DNA of 62,990 bases, filler included, from Trichomonas gallinae (taxonomy: Eukaryota), in the NCBI GenBank assembly GCA_008369845.1. It is 11 parts of 11 records of this genome, joined end to end, with 100 filler letters (N's around TTAATTAATTAA, not from the genome) between each part and the next. Parts side by side here need not be neighbours in the genome. Positions count along the whole stretch, not along the records: positions 9,574 to 26,178 come from MRSU01000619.1; 10 more parts are not named here. One strand, given 5' to 3'. The translations under genes and the position numbers were made by a program. Within the stretch, counting starts at the first letter, position 1; each line of letters starts with the position of its first letter. Below the pieces are notes generated by a model. That model searched no databases. It saw only the letters and a list, made by a program, of their open reading frames with translations, and was not told the DNA's origin. This document shows positions 11,371 through 22,735 of this stretch, one piece after another.

Positions 11371-12936
11371 AAAAATCTCGGTTCCGAACTTTCAAGAGAT
11401 TCCATACTCTCAAAAGTTGATTTCTTATTTATAGGATGAAATGCTGAAGTGCTGCATAAACTATTGCCAAATCCATAAAGTCTAATTTGAAGAATTCAAT
11501 AATGAACAAAATAAGGATTCAAGTAAAGACAAAAACTAATAATAAATTCATAGAGTAATCTAGTATTTTTTACAATATTCTTGAACTTGCAAAAATAATA
11601 TTTCTTAAAATCTAATTCTTGACTTAGCTCATAAATTCCGGCGTAATTATGCTGTGTATATCATATATAGTAATATTTAAAAAGCCATGAATATGAATAA
11701 GGAACAAAATCATTTGTAATGATATTGAATCGAATGAATTTTAAGCTTTACTAGTTGCAATAAATCGTAACTTATAATTATTATGTATATAGATGCCATT
11801 ATGGTTGACAAATATGAAAGTTATTAATAAATCTTTTTAATTTTAAAATGTAAACCAAAAATGGAATGAAATATTGATGTGGATACGTAGAGAAATTTCT
11901 TTAAATTGTTTGTATTTCGTGAATAAGTGTGTTTCTGGCTGCTAATTTAATCATAAAATTCCTCAATAAAGAAACATCATAACATAATAAAAATTTGATT
12001 CTCAAACTTACAAAATAGATCCCCTGGTGCATAATAATGCTAATACTCCGACATTGCAAAAATTAATTTTCCTTTTTTTGGTAGATTCCAAAACTCAATT
12101 AGGCAAATTTATTAATGATATTTTTTAAAAAATCCAATTTTCCCAAATTTAAATCATTGATTTATCATTTATAACTCGGGGATGTGATACTATTTTACCT
12201 ATAGTATATATTTTCATCATAATACATATGGAGTATAATTGTTATTCCTCAAAAATCAAATCTTATCTTCAAAATCTGATCAGAAGAATCATATAAATGA
12301 ATAATGCACACTTATAGTTTATCACAAGCATTGTACATTCAACTTTATTTTAGCTTAAATATTAATCTTTTTCAAAAATTGTAAATTATATTAGTCAATA
12401 TCACTTTTAGTCAAAGTTTTAATAGCCAAATGGTAGAATTATCATTTTGAAGAATTGAAACTGTGTATTACTGACTTGAAGCGTAAACTTGGTGTTGAAA
12501 TACTTGTTTTCTCAAAGTAATACGTACAATTTTTCTACAAATCATAAATAGCAATCGTATGTTCATAATACAACTTTGAGCTCGATGGTACTTAAATCGA
12601 TGTTTCTTTTGAATTCTGATAAAATCGAAGACAATAACGTAATCATATACATTATTGACCTTATAATACAACCATTGCATTATAATGACTATCAATGCAA
12701 TAAATTGGAAAATATTTAGTAAAAGATGTAGATTGTTATGTATAATTTCTAAAATAATCATTGCATCATAGAGGCAATAATTGCAATAAGCTGTTTAACG
12801 AATGCGAAATTCAGAAAGAAACTTCTCCAATATGATAAATATAAAATATAAAATTTGCCATGTAAATATTATTTGTCATGTAAATGTCAAAATGCAAAAT
12901 TTTGTTCGTTAATCTTTTTGTATATATTTTTAAATC

Positions 12937-15081
12937 ATGAGTCTTTTTCAGCGAATTATTGCTGAAGGAGATCTCATAGACTATAAATATAACAAGGAAA
13001 ACTTCCAAACTGTTGTCGTTGAGTTATTGGATCTCATAGAAAAACAGGAAAAGTCAATCGAATATATAAATTCGCAACTAGAGACATTTGCCACGAAACA
13101 CGCAATAGAATACATGTCAGATCAGATAACAGGCTGTTTGAATGAACAAAAGAAGTTCATGGACGATATTACGAAAAAAGTTGACGACAATACAAAAGAA
13201 TTAAACGAAAACATGAAAACTCTCAAAGAATGGATAGAAGACTCGAACAGCACAGTCTTAGTGGACGTAAGGAGATACTTAACTACAGAAATCGAGGATT
13301 TAATCAATCAACAAAATCAATTTAAGCCACAAGAGCCACAAAAAACGAAAATAATCGAAAGAGTTACAGGAAATGAGGACAACACAAGAATAAATCACCA
13401 ATTGTCGCAATTACAAATAAAAATCGACCAACTAGAAACACTTACGAATAATTTTCCTTCTCAAGACTCAGTTCGCCGCCAAATTGAAAGTGTATCAAGC
13501 TACCAAGATGATATAACTGATCACAACATCAGATTGAACGATCTCGAAGGTCAAGTTCGAAATTTAACAGAAATGATGAAATATCACTCAAAATTCATCG
13601 AAAATCACTCAGGACCAGTCACACCACGTTTAAACGAAGAGTCAAAACATAAGCCACAGTTCGCAGAGACTACAACAGATCCAGTTTCGCCACTTCGTCT
13701 GAGAATCGACAACGAAAACAGAAGTTTCATTACAACTCCTTCCATGAGCATCTTCTCTATATCAGCAACGTCCACGCCTAAAAAGGAGCCTCTAGTTGCA
13801 GGAAACGCGGCTCCAATTATCATTGGAGGCGATAATTCAGAGATTGAGCGGGTTGTTCGTAGACAGAATGATACAGTATCCACTATCAGACTGATTTCCG
13901 ATGGTTTGGTTGACAAATTCAATCAATTTGAGCAGAAATATAATCAATTTGTCGCCCAAATGGGAATGAAGAACTTAGAGGTCTCGCAACAGTTAGACCA
14001 GATTCAGGCACAGATGGGCCGCATTCCAGAAATGATTACAACTGATCCTGCTTTCACGAAATTAATGGAACCATTGAAAGCAAGGATTCAGAAGCTCACA
14101 GAGCGTGTAACAAGTCTAGAAACCAAGCATGCGCCTGTGCACTCAGCTCTTTACGAGATGCTCGCGAAAGATAATTTGTCTCCAACAGAACCTCAAACGC
14201 CAACAGAAACAAGATCTCCAGACACCGAAATGGACGATTTGATCAAGTCTGGTGCAGCGACAAGCTTCAGGGAAAAGAACTTCACAACTACAGCGAGTTC
14301 AAAGATTGTTGACATCCAAAAGGAAAAGAAAGAGCTTGCAATATCAGAAGAAGACGTTCCGGTTAAGTTTGCACCACATACAGTTGACATTCCGAAGCAA
14401 AAAATCGAAACTCAAATTAAAATCATTCATAAACCAGACAGAAAGAACGCGGAACTGCTCACTGCCCTTCAGAACGCACAAGTGCAGCCATCAGTGTCGC
14501 AAGAGGAGATCCAGGAGCGTGTCGATGCTGCAATTAGAAATACATTAGCAGGATTCATTGATAGAGTGAAGAAAACAGTTGCTGAGCAGATAGAAGAAGG
14601 CTTGAAGCCAGTCCACAAGGTTCAAGCAATGATTGAGACAAAGATTGACAGAGATTTCGTCGAGAGAATGTTCAACAAGTTCAGAGTCCTCGTTGGCGAG
14701 CTGAAGGAGAGAGTGGACAACTCCCAGCTCAACTTCCAGAACTGGATAACGCGCGAAGAGCTCGAAGAAGTCCTCAACAGGTTCGCGTTGACTCTACAAG
14801 AAGTTAAAGACACTGCTGGCGTCTCTTCTAAGTATAAATGCCTTTTGTGCGGCCGCCCAAGAACTCATCTCGCTGGAATGATTGTATCATCGCCAAGAGA
14901 TGACGAAGAAGAGAGCTCAAACAATGGATCAGCAAGGAATGAACCTGAAACACCGAAGAGATCATCGACAGCGAAAACGAAGACAAGGCTACCTAAAGCT
15001 CCGAACAGCATCAGAAGACCAATGTCACACGCAATGCCACGCGACATTGTCCAAATGTTCACCCAGAAAGATGGGAAGTAA
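12937..15081 (+). CDS. Coiled-coil protein with C-terminal CxxC motif (DUF4795/QRICH2-like, tentative)
   Basis: 714-aa ORF. TKIDRDFVE...DTAGVSSKYKCLLCGRP resembles the A..R....CLSCDRP end of DUF4795. Confidence 0.7.
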   Translation: MSLFQRIIAEGDLIDYKYNKENFQTVVVELLDLIEKQEKSIEYINSQLETFATKHAIEYMSDQITGCLNEQKKFMDDITKKVDDNTKELNENMKTLKEWIEDSNSTVLVDVRRYLTTEIEDLINQQNQFKPQEPQKTKIIERVTGNEDNTRINHQLSQLQIKIDQLETLTNNFPSQDSVRRQIESVSSYQDDITDHNIRLNDLEGQVRNLTEMMKYHSKFIENHSGPVTPRLNEESKHKPQFAETTTDPVSPLRLRIDNENRSFITTPSMSIFSISATSTPKKEPLVAGNAAPIIIGGDNSEIERVVRRQNDTVSTIRLISDGLVDKFNQFEQKYNQFVAQMGMKNLEVSQQLDQIQAQMGRIPEMITTDPAFTKLMEPLKARIQKLTERVTSLETKHAPVHSALYEMLAKDNLSPTEPQTPTETRSPDTEMDDLIKSGAATSFREKNFTTTASSKIVDIQKEKKELAISEEDVPVKFAPHTVDIPKQKIETQIKIIHKPDRKNAELLTALQNAQVQPSVSQEEIQERVDAAIRNTLAGFIDRVKKTVAEQIEEGLKPVHKVQAMIETKIDRDFVERMFNKFRVLVGELKERVDNSQLNFQNWITREELEEVLNRFALTLQEVKDTAGVSSKYKCLLCGRPRTHLAGMIVSSPRDDEEESSNNGSARNEPETPKRSSTAKTKTRLPKAPNSIRRPMSHAMPRDIVQMFTQKDGK

Positions 15082-15782
15082 TTATTTTTAATTTTATTAC
15101 TCAAAAATGTTTTTTAAGTTGGCAGAATAATAATAATACAGCTCAAAAACGCTTCTATTGGTTGCAAAAGAGTGTACAGGTATAATTATTAATTTGATGT
15201 ATTTTTGGACTCAGATTCTTTAATAATTATTTAATAAATTGTTTTGTATGAATGTTTTAACGTTGATATTGATTTTTTTTTCAATAAACGCCTATCCACA
15301 GATTTATTCTGTCTGTCAAAGCAAGGCTGACATAATTGAGTCTCTCATTAGCATTGATGATCGTTGCTACAACGACAAGGTTATTAAACACATTGTTTCC
15401 ATTGCACCACGTTCACCATGCAGTACAAAAATAAGTTTAATGATGCTGCAGCATAAAAATTTTGTCACATCAATGAGATCAAATCTCTTTATTTATGATA
15501 ATATGTTTTGAGTGTGGCCCACATGATGGGATCTGCAGATAGTTTCAATGCGTCAAACTTGAGAGATTCTTCTGACCATTAGTGACGATTTTGCCTTTAA
15601 TTAGGCAATTAATGATTTGAGGAAGATCAAGAATCTCTTATAGAAATGATCTTCAGATCCTGCCTTGGTGACAACTAAAACGCTAAAAACTTCTCGATTA
15701 ATAATTGTTCCATATTTTGACAAGTAAAGCATCAATTTTGACATTAAATCATATACATGTCAAAATGGCAAAACTTTAACAG

Positions 15783-16619
15783 ATGAATGTTTCTGTTTTT
15801 ACTCAAACAGAACCACAGCTTTATCCAGCGTACAAAACATCAAACACCGAAAAAACAGCAGAGCCACTCGATGAAATATCCGGAAGAGGGCCAATTTTAA
15901 TTGACCAATATCAAGAAGTGATCAAAGATTATATTTCACGAATGAATTTATCCCATTTGTCACCATACAGAAAAGAAATATGCGAATGTATTCAACAAAG
16001 ACAACAATTTCAAAATGTTGTTTATGGAAATCGAGATAAAGACGTTGAAAAATTTCCTGTAAGTATTTTCACGGGATTAGTTCCATCACTCACCCTAATT
16101 CTTGATCAAGATGTATTTACATTGACATCCAGCACCCCAGGACTTGAAATCACAGGTGATATATCAACAGATGGACAGATTTTAATTTACGATATAAACA
16201 GAGGTTTGCTTCCAAATGGATTATACGAATCACTTAAAAAATTAAACCTTACTTGGTATGATGGAGGGTTAATCTGTGAAGTCATCGACAGACGCCGCAG
16301 CATTGAGAAATACAGGCGTGTTCATCTCAAGGTTAAACAGTCAGACTTAGGCCAGATGCCTTTTGAATTAGAGCAAGAATTTTTATTAAATAGATATCCT
16401 TTGTTATGTTTATCGCCAAGTCTTCAAGTAACAAACGTAGCGAGAACAATAGCTTCTGATGCAGCAAGATGGACAGATCCTAGCGAACAAGAAGATGCTT
16501 CAAGAATTGCAGAATACGTTTATCCTGATAAATATATCGATCCTGTTTGTCCAACTCCTATTGAATCGACAGAAGAGGCAAGGTCAAAGATTATCAAGTT
16601 CCTTACAGGAAACAAATAA
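15783..16619 (+). CDS. SPT20: Spt20-family (SAGA subunit) domain protein
   Basis: INRGLLP...WYDGGLICEVIDRR...RVHLK...LEQEFLL...PLLCLSPSLQV matches the Spt20 core pattern (FYDGCLIVEVxDYR, PLCLDPS). Confidence 0.75.
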   Translation: MNVSVFTQTEPQLYPAYKTSNTEKTAEPLDEISGRGPILIDQYQEVIKDYISRMNLSHLSPYRKEICECIQQRQQFQNVVYGNRDKDVEKFPVSIFTGLVPSLTLILDQDVFTLTSSTPGLEITGDISTDGQILIYDINRGLLPNGLYESLKKLNLTWYDGGLICEVIDRRRSIEKYRRVHLKVKQSDLGQMPFELEQEFLLNRYPLLCLSPSLQVTNVARTIASDAARWTDPSEQEDASRIAEYVYPDKYIDPVCPTPIESTEEARSKIIKFLTGNK

Positions 16620-17461
16620 TTTGATATTTAATTTTTTTCTTATTTGTATAAATTGTTTAAATATATTCTTCTTTCTATTCATGCATATTTGAAATATCAA
16701 CAAACTAATGAATGTAATTATTATATTCTTGAAATGGATTTAATTTATAATCAAAATAGATGTATGAATATCAATATATATAATAAATCATTAATTTTGA
16801 TATATGAACTAGATAATGTGCCCAAATAGATTGAATAGCGGCTGACGGTATAATTCGAATTGGACACAAAAAAATTATAAAGAAACAAATTCCATGATAA
16901 TAAGATAAAATTAATCCAATCATCAAATCAAAGCATTATTTATCAACAAGTTAACTATTCCCTAAATTTTGTTCTTGGATGTTATTTTTGTGACTGATTC
17001 TGAGTTTTGTATTGAAGATCTGAAGAGAACTATCGCAGTCTATGATTTTTAAGCAGTAAAACACCTTGAAAAATTTCGATTAGTTGTGATGAACGAGAAA
17101 GAACGATGAATAGAGAACGAAAATATATGCTTATGTTACGTTTCAATGAAGTCGATTTAATTCCAAATTGAAAAATCACTTTTTCTAGAAAATCCCTCGA
17201 ATACCAATGTTAATTATATCAATTTATTGGTAATTTACGATTTACTAATAAGTGTATTAAGTGTTTATGCTTTCCTGCTCGATTAAATTATAATTTATTC
17301 TATATTTTTGTGTTTCCACTCTGTTTTTGATTTGAAATTTCATAAAATTCATCATAAAGACATTCTATGCCTTGCTGTAAATGCTGATGAATTAAGAGAT
17401 ATTTAATATTAAAACATAACTGGATATATTTACTAATTCGAATAATAATATAATTAATCCG

Positions 17462-18733
17462 CTACTCAGTCTCAGCATCATAGGCGAGAGATTTAGCATT
17501 AAGTTCACGGGCGTAGGCCTTAACTTCGGCCTGATCTTTGAATCCGAAAGCGATGTTCTGTTCTGTGATTCTATGGATTTCCTGATATGGCTCATTAAAT
17601 GAGTGAGAAGATGGTTTTCCTTCAGACATCTGATTCAACAACCTCTTTGTCATAGCATCAGAGATGTTAATATGACTGACTGAATCTGGATTAATGAATG
17701 TATCCATAATCTTCTGATAACGGTCCTGGAGTTCCTCAGGATTTGTAATTTGCTGGTAATCTCTGACACGCTTCAAGAAATAATAATTATCAACACAACA
17801 TTGACGTTCCAAGTAATCCTTCAGCAACTGTGAAGCCTTCTCATCCTGGAGAATGTATTCAAGCTGATCTAGGATCTTTGTGCCGAGTTTAATATTTGGA
17901 GGTTGAACAATCGCCATGTGAACGGGCATTCCAAATGATACAAGGAATGAAACGACGCAAAGGATAATGCAGAAGATTGGTGAGACTATAGCAAAATTAG
18001 GATGTGTTAAACCAAGATATCCAGTTCCAATGAAAGGCAAGAAGAGAACTATCCACATTACACCGATGAATATAAGCTCTGAGTTGATACGCAGTGTATC
18101 GTTAATCGATCTAAGCTTAAGGACGCAGATCCACAAGAAAATACTAACAACGACCACGATCACCAAGAAGATGATATATGATAGCTTTTGCACACCGGAG
18201 CCGTAATTTCCTGGCTGGTTGTCTTTAATCATAATATTTCTTACAATTCCAATGATAATCGCAATTCCTTGGATAATCCATGAGTAAATGAGGAAAGCTG
18301 TATGGCTGATATATTTTGGATGTTTTGCCAGCCAGTTCAAGAAACCTTTGAGCTTATTTTTGTTTGCTTCTTCATTATCTTCATCATCAGTTCTTGTTTT
18401 TGCAATATAATATGTAAGAATGAAGTTTGCGGCACGAATAGGATATGGACAAAAATGCATGGGCATCAGGAGCCAAAGATACCAGTGATCGATAATATTT
18501 GGAAAGCGCTCTGGAGATACGATAATTTTGAATGTAAGAGAAACAATCATGAGGTATTGGCCAATTGATGACGAGAAAATAAGACCTGGAAGACGCTTCT
18601 GAATATAAACTGATTGTCTATATTTGAAGAATAAAACCACGTTGTAAATATAGAATATGGTCCACAATATCCAGAATACGAAGAACAAGGTGGACAGCTG
18701 ATCATATTTGAGCTGCTCGACTATGTCAACCAT
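17462..18733 (-). CDS. 7TM-RGS protein (seven transmembrane segments plus C-terminal RGS domain)
   Basis: Seven hydrophobic segments followed by an RGS pattern: LEYILQD...YLERQCCVDNYYF...IMDTFINPDSVSHINIS...FNEPYQEI. ATG at 18733, Inr TCACTTTT at 18747-18754. Confidence 0.88.
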   Translation of the reverse strand: MVDIVEQLKYDQLSTLFFVFWILWTIFYIYNVVLFFKYRQSVYIQKRLPGLIFSSSIGQYLMIVSLTFKIIVSPERFPNIIDHWYLWLLMPMHFCPYPIRAANFILTYYIAKTRTDDEDNEEANKNKLKGFLNWLAKHPKYISHTAFLIYSWIIQGIAIIIGIVRNIMIKDNQPGNYGSGVQKLSYIIFLVIVVVVSIFLWICVLKLRSINDTLRINSELIFIGVMWIVLFLPFIGTGYLGLTHPNFAIVSPIFCIILCVVSFLVSFGMPVHMAIVQPPNIKLGTKILDQLEYILQDEKASQLLKDYLERQCCVDNYYFLKRVRDYQQITNPEELQDRYQKIMDTFINPDSVSHINISDAMTKRLLNQMSEGKPSSHSFNEPYQEIHRITEQNIAFGFKDQAEVKAYARELNAKSLAYDAETE

Positions 18734-19136
18734 TTCTGAAAAATTCAAAAGTGACAAATCATTGCGAAATTTAAACTAAACGAAAATGAGGTCTTGAATA
18801 TAATTTATGCTTAATTTACAGCAAATTTCGTTTAAACTCTGAGGTTTTCCTAAATTTTATCAAAACGGAGGAACCTTATTCTTTTTATTCTTTTATTTTT
18901 TTTTTCGAATGTTAATATAGCAGATGATTTTCTACAACAAAAGTGACAGTCAAACAATGACTCATAAAAAGTCAAAATAAATACCAAAATAAAAATATTT
19001 GAAAACAAATGAATTAATCAAATTCTATTATGGTTCATTGAGAACTTTCCAGAAAGATTAGAAATAGGAACATATTGTATTTGTCAGATTTGAGCATTTA
19101 CAAGACAGTTTTTCCAAAAAGGTAGAGTTCCCATTT

Positions 19137-19403
19137 TTGATATCGAGTGAATTCATCATCGGCAATCCATGCTGGTGGGGAACATTCCCGGTGGCCACAT
19201 TCACATTTCTTGAGAAGAATAGATTCGAATTTAAGATTCTTCCTTTTGTTACTCACGGAGGAAGTGGCTTAGGATCAGAAGTAGAAGATATCAAGAGAAC
19301 ATGCCCAAAGGCTAAGGTAGCAAGTGGACTCGCAATATATGGCTCACGCACTACTGGTTCTAAAGCTTCAATTCAACAATTGCTCAAACAAAATGGTTTG
19401 TAA
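19137..19403 (+). pseudogene. Bacterial-type flavodoxin fragment lacking its N-terminus
   Basis: IGNPCWWGTFP...TFLE...ILPFVTHGGSGLG...GLAIYG (Flavodoxin_4-like). No ATG and no N-terminal FMN phosphate loop in frame. Confidence 0.7.
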
Positions 19404-19599
19404 GAAAACTTTTGTCAGAATAAAACAAATTAATTTTTTTTATAAAACAATATTAGATCTTATATGAGCAACTGCGTATATAAACTAGTTTGCCTTCTGT
19501 GTTATCAAGTGCACATATTAAATAATGTTGTTGATGCTAAATAATAATAATTTCTATTATAAAATTTAAATAATGAAAAATGTAGTACAAACAGGTTAT

Positions 19600-22290
19600 T
19601 TATTCTTCAATATCTTCTTCTTCTTCTTCAATATTTTCATTTGATTGTGTAGATGATGACTGAGTCAATTGTGGTTTATATATGGAGTGGATTATTCCAA
19701 TGAATCTTTCGAGTGTATATTCGCCAGAAATCAAACGAATATAATTTTCTTTAATTCTTACTTCCAAGTATTTCACGCTCATCATGAATGCATCACGGTT
19801 GACCTGCATAATCTTAGTATGAAACTTAATGAACATCTTTAAGAGAGTCAAATTGTCATCTACTAAATTTTCGAATAATTTTGGAAAACATGCAAATCTG
19901 CTTCTAACAAGCATGTCGAATCCCTGCTCGAAGAAGTTCATAATTAGTGGGAATATTATTATCATTGCTGCGGCAGGAAAATCATTTTGACAACACATGG
20001 AAATAATTTGTTCAAAAAACCTTCCAACTCTTTCTTGTGGAACAAAATTCATGAAATACGCAGCCAAAAACTGCGAAACAGTTATATAATATGTGACTAA
20101 ATCCTGCTTCTTGTCGCTGAAAATTAATCTGTCTTGAAGCATCTTTAAAACAGGTCCTATGACATTTTCTATTCCAGGAATTTGTCCAGCGGCTAAAATA
20201 TTCTGCATGAGCGGAATCCTTAACTCAATGCAATTAGAAATTTTTGTAATATTATCGATTAGATACTGGTAATACTCCAATCCATGCAGCTTCATCATGC
20301 ATTTGCAGAGTAATTCAATTTCTTCAGCGCCTTTATCATAATTCGAGAAATATTGTATCCCTAACTCAAAAAATCTTTTTGCTGCTTCTTTCGCTTCAGA
20401 ACTTGTTATATTGTTGACTGTATCAACGAAATTCAGGCCTTCTTCGTATTTAGTTCTGAATGCTGTTTTGACTCCTGTGTTAATCTTTTCGGCAGATGAA
20501 ACTAAGCCGACTAATAATTCGGAAAGTTGATTTAAATATTGACCGAAAACATTGTTTTTGAGTTCGCCGGCTTCATCGAAGCAAGAGGTTGCTTCCACAA
20601 GCAAAGAAGCAAGTCTGATGTATTCGCTTTTATCAGCTGAGAACAGAATTCCCAAAATTTCTTGTAAAGAGTCAGAAATTAATTCAACGTAATTTGGATA
20701 TTTTTGGATAAATTCACAAATTTCTTTCGCGAGATTTTCTCCTTCGCCTGCCAATATTATTTGTTCAGAGCATAGTACTGTCATTCCTCTAGTAAACGCT
20801 TCACTGGATATCTCTTGGAAATTCTCTGAATTTTGGTTCGTGTAGATCAATAAGTCCAAAAACTCCGTGTAACAATTTGCCCTAGACGTGGAAATAACTT
20901 CATTCGACATAAACTTGGCGAAAACGTTCATCATTTGCGCTTTCGTTTCATCTGATAAGTCATATTGTCTCTCGTAGTAACTGCTGAAGAAGCCTAAAAC
21001 TCCGCGAATTACGATTTCTTCTTCAACAATATAATCTTCGGATCCCAAAACTTGATCTAAAACCGGTTCTATGCTTTGCAGAATTAAATTATCAAGTCCC
21101 ATATTTTTCTGCAGTGACATCATCAGGCTGAACAATGAATTTATCGATTTATCGAATTTATTCATATCTTTTGCCTGCAAAATTTCGCTAAAAATGTGGA
21201 CGCATGTCTCAATGAACGGCTCAAACACATCTTCATGGTTGTTCCTGAAGAACAATTCCAAGAAACGGCTCAAAAAATAATTATCATTGTTGAATTTCAA
21301 AATTGCAAGCATATATGCGTATGTTATTATGTCCCAGTACTCTGCAATTATCTCATCTGAAACAACTGATTCTTTTATATTGTCTTGGACGATGATAAAC
21401 TGATCTGCTGACAATGTAGGGTTTTTTAGAATATTATTTAAGTAATTTTTCATGTCAAAATTGACAATATATTGAGGAATATTCTCCGGATCTCTCTTGA
21501 AAAGAGCATTCACGCATCTAAGGACTCCTATATTAACATCGCTTCCAGTTAACATTTGCTTTATATAATCTGTAAGAGGAAATGCTGAGAGGAGGTTGGA
21601 ATCTATCCATTCCACCATATCTGACAATGCTTCAAGAGATCCTTGTATTCTATTAATGATTTTATCGAATACAAATAATAAATATTTTTCTTGCGTGCCA
21701 TCGGCTGCCATTGCTGCATTTATCGCATCATAGTTATATGCTAAGAAGTATGGATGTGTGTTTAGCCCTTTTGTTAAACAGTAAATAAAATCAAAAACGA
21801 ATTTTGGCGGAAGTTCATCGAGAATTCGGTCTAGAAGAGGTTTTCCTCTATCACTGTTAGTATGATAAAGATATATGATGATTGATGTACGAATTGTGTT
21901 AATTCTGCGTTGATATGAATTTATATCTGGTGAATTTTTAATAAATTGCGATTGTTCTATGGTAAAAAAGAATAGTTCAAGTAAAATATCAATAACTTGG
22001 CTTGGATTTTCGTATGGAGGCGACGTTATTCCGTCTAAACCATTCGAATTCAAGTGTTTTTCGAATAATTGGAGAATTGAATCTACTTGTGCATGTGTAT
22101 AGGCTATCATGATGTTGTTTACAGCAAAAGACATGCCTTCTGGCGTTCTTTCGAGAACTTGGAATATTTTTGAGATAATGCATAAACTGTCGATCGATGA
22201 ATAATTGTTGCGGTTGTCTAAATACTCCAGCTTAAAATCATACTCCAATGAAGACGGAAGATTCAAGATAATCTTTCCATCTTCATCCAT
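19600..22290 (-). CDS. Large alpha-helical (HEAT/ARM-like) hypothetical protein, possibly karyopherin/exportin-T related
   Basis: ~896-aa amphipathic-helix ORF with acidic tail and TCATTTT Inr upstream. VEWIDSNLL weakly recalls the exportin-T WIDIxLI motif; family call is weak. Confidence 0.7.
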   Translation of the reverse strand: MDEDGKIILNLPSSLEYDFKLEYLDNRNNYSSIDSLCIISKIFQVLERTPEGMSFAVNNIMIAYTHAQVDSILQLFEKHLNSNGLDGITSPPYENPSQVIDILLELFFFTIEQSQFIKNSPDINSYQRRINTIRTSIIIYLYHTNSDRGKPLLDRILDELPPKFVFDFIYCLTKGLNTHPYFLAYNYDAINAAMAADGTQEKYLLFVFDKIINRIQGSLEALSDMVEWIDSNLLSAFPLTDYIKQMLTGSDVNIGVLRCVNALFKRDPENIPQYIVNFDMKNYLNNILKNPTLSADQFIIVQDNIKESVVSDEIIAEYWDIITYAYMLAILKFNNDNYFLSRFLELFFRNNHEDVFEPFIETCVHIFSEILQAKDMNKFDKSINSLFSLMMSLQKNMGLDNLILQSIEPVLDQVLGSEDYIVEEEIVIRGVLGFFSSYYERQYDLSDETKAQMMNVFAKFMSNEVISTSRANCYTEFLDLLIYTNQNSENFQEISSEAFTRGMTVLCSEQIILAGEGENLAKEICEFIQKYPNYVELISDSLQEILGILFSADKSEYIRLASLLVEATSCFDEAGELKNNVFGQYLNQLSELLVGLVSSAEKINTGVKTAFRTKYEEGLNFVDTVNNITSSEAKEAAKRFFELGIQYFSNYDKGAEEIELLCKCMMKLHGLEYYQYLIDNITKISNCIELRIPLMQNILAAGQIPGIENVIGPVLKMLQDRLIFSDKKQDLVTYYITVSQFLAAYFMNFVPQERVGRFFEQIISMCCQNDFPAAAMIIIFPLIMNFFEQGFDMLVRSRFACFPKLFENLVDDNLTLLKMFIKFHTKIMQVNRDAFMMSVKYLEVRIKENYIRLISGEYTLERFIGIIHSIYKPQLTQSSSTQSNENIEEEEEDIEE

Positions 22291-22735
22291 CAAATAAAAA
22301 TGACATTTTCTCTACTACAAACATATTATTTTTGCTGTTATATGACTGAATTTCACAGTTTTTCTAATTCAAACTCATTAATTAAAAATGCAAATTTGAA
22401 TCAAATCAAAATTGAGACTTGAATATTGGATATTATATATATTTTAACCAATATAATTAAACTAGCGCAAAGAAATTCCTCAAACTCAAATTTTCAAAAT
22501 TTTGTTATAAAATATTAATGAATTCATATTAGGAGCCTCATAACTTGTAATATGCATATACATATAGAAAGGAAATTATGCATAATATCAAAACAAAAAT
22601 CTGAAAATAAATTTAATTTTCAATAACTTTTGCGCAAATCTTATAATTTTCTTTTTTGATGGAACTTTATAAATTGATTGATTAATAAAAATAATAAAAA
22701 ATTGTGGAATTAAATAACATTTATATGACAAAATA

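Noticed and set aside
15239..15700. Short ORF with coding-like downstream sequence
   Set aside because: TTG start, multiple stops, no recognisable family; at most an unassignable pseudogene fragment.
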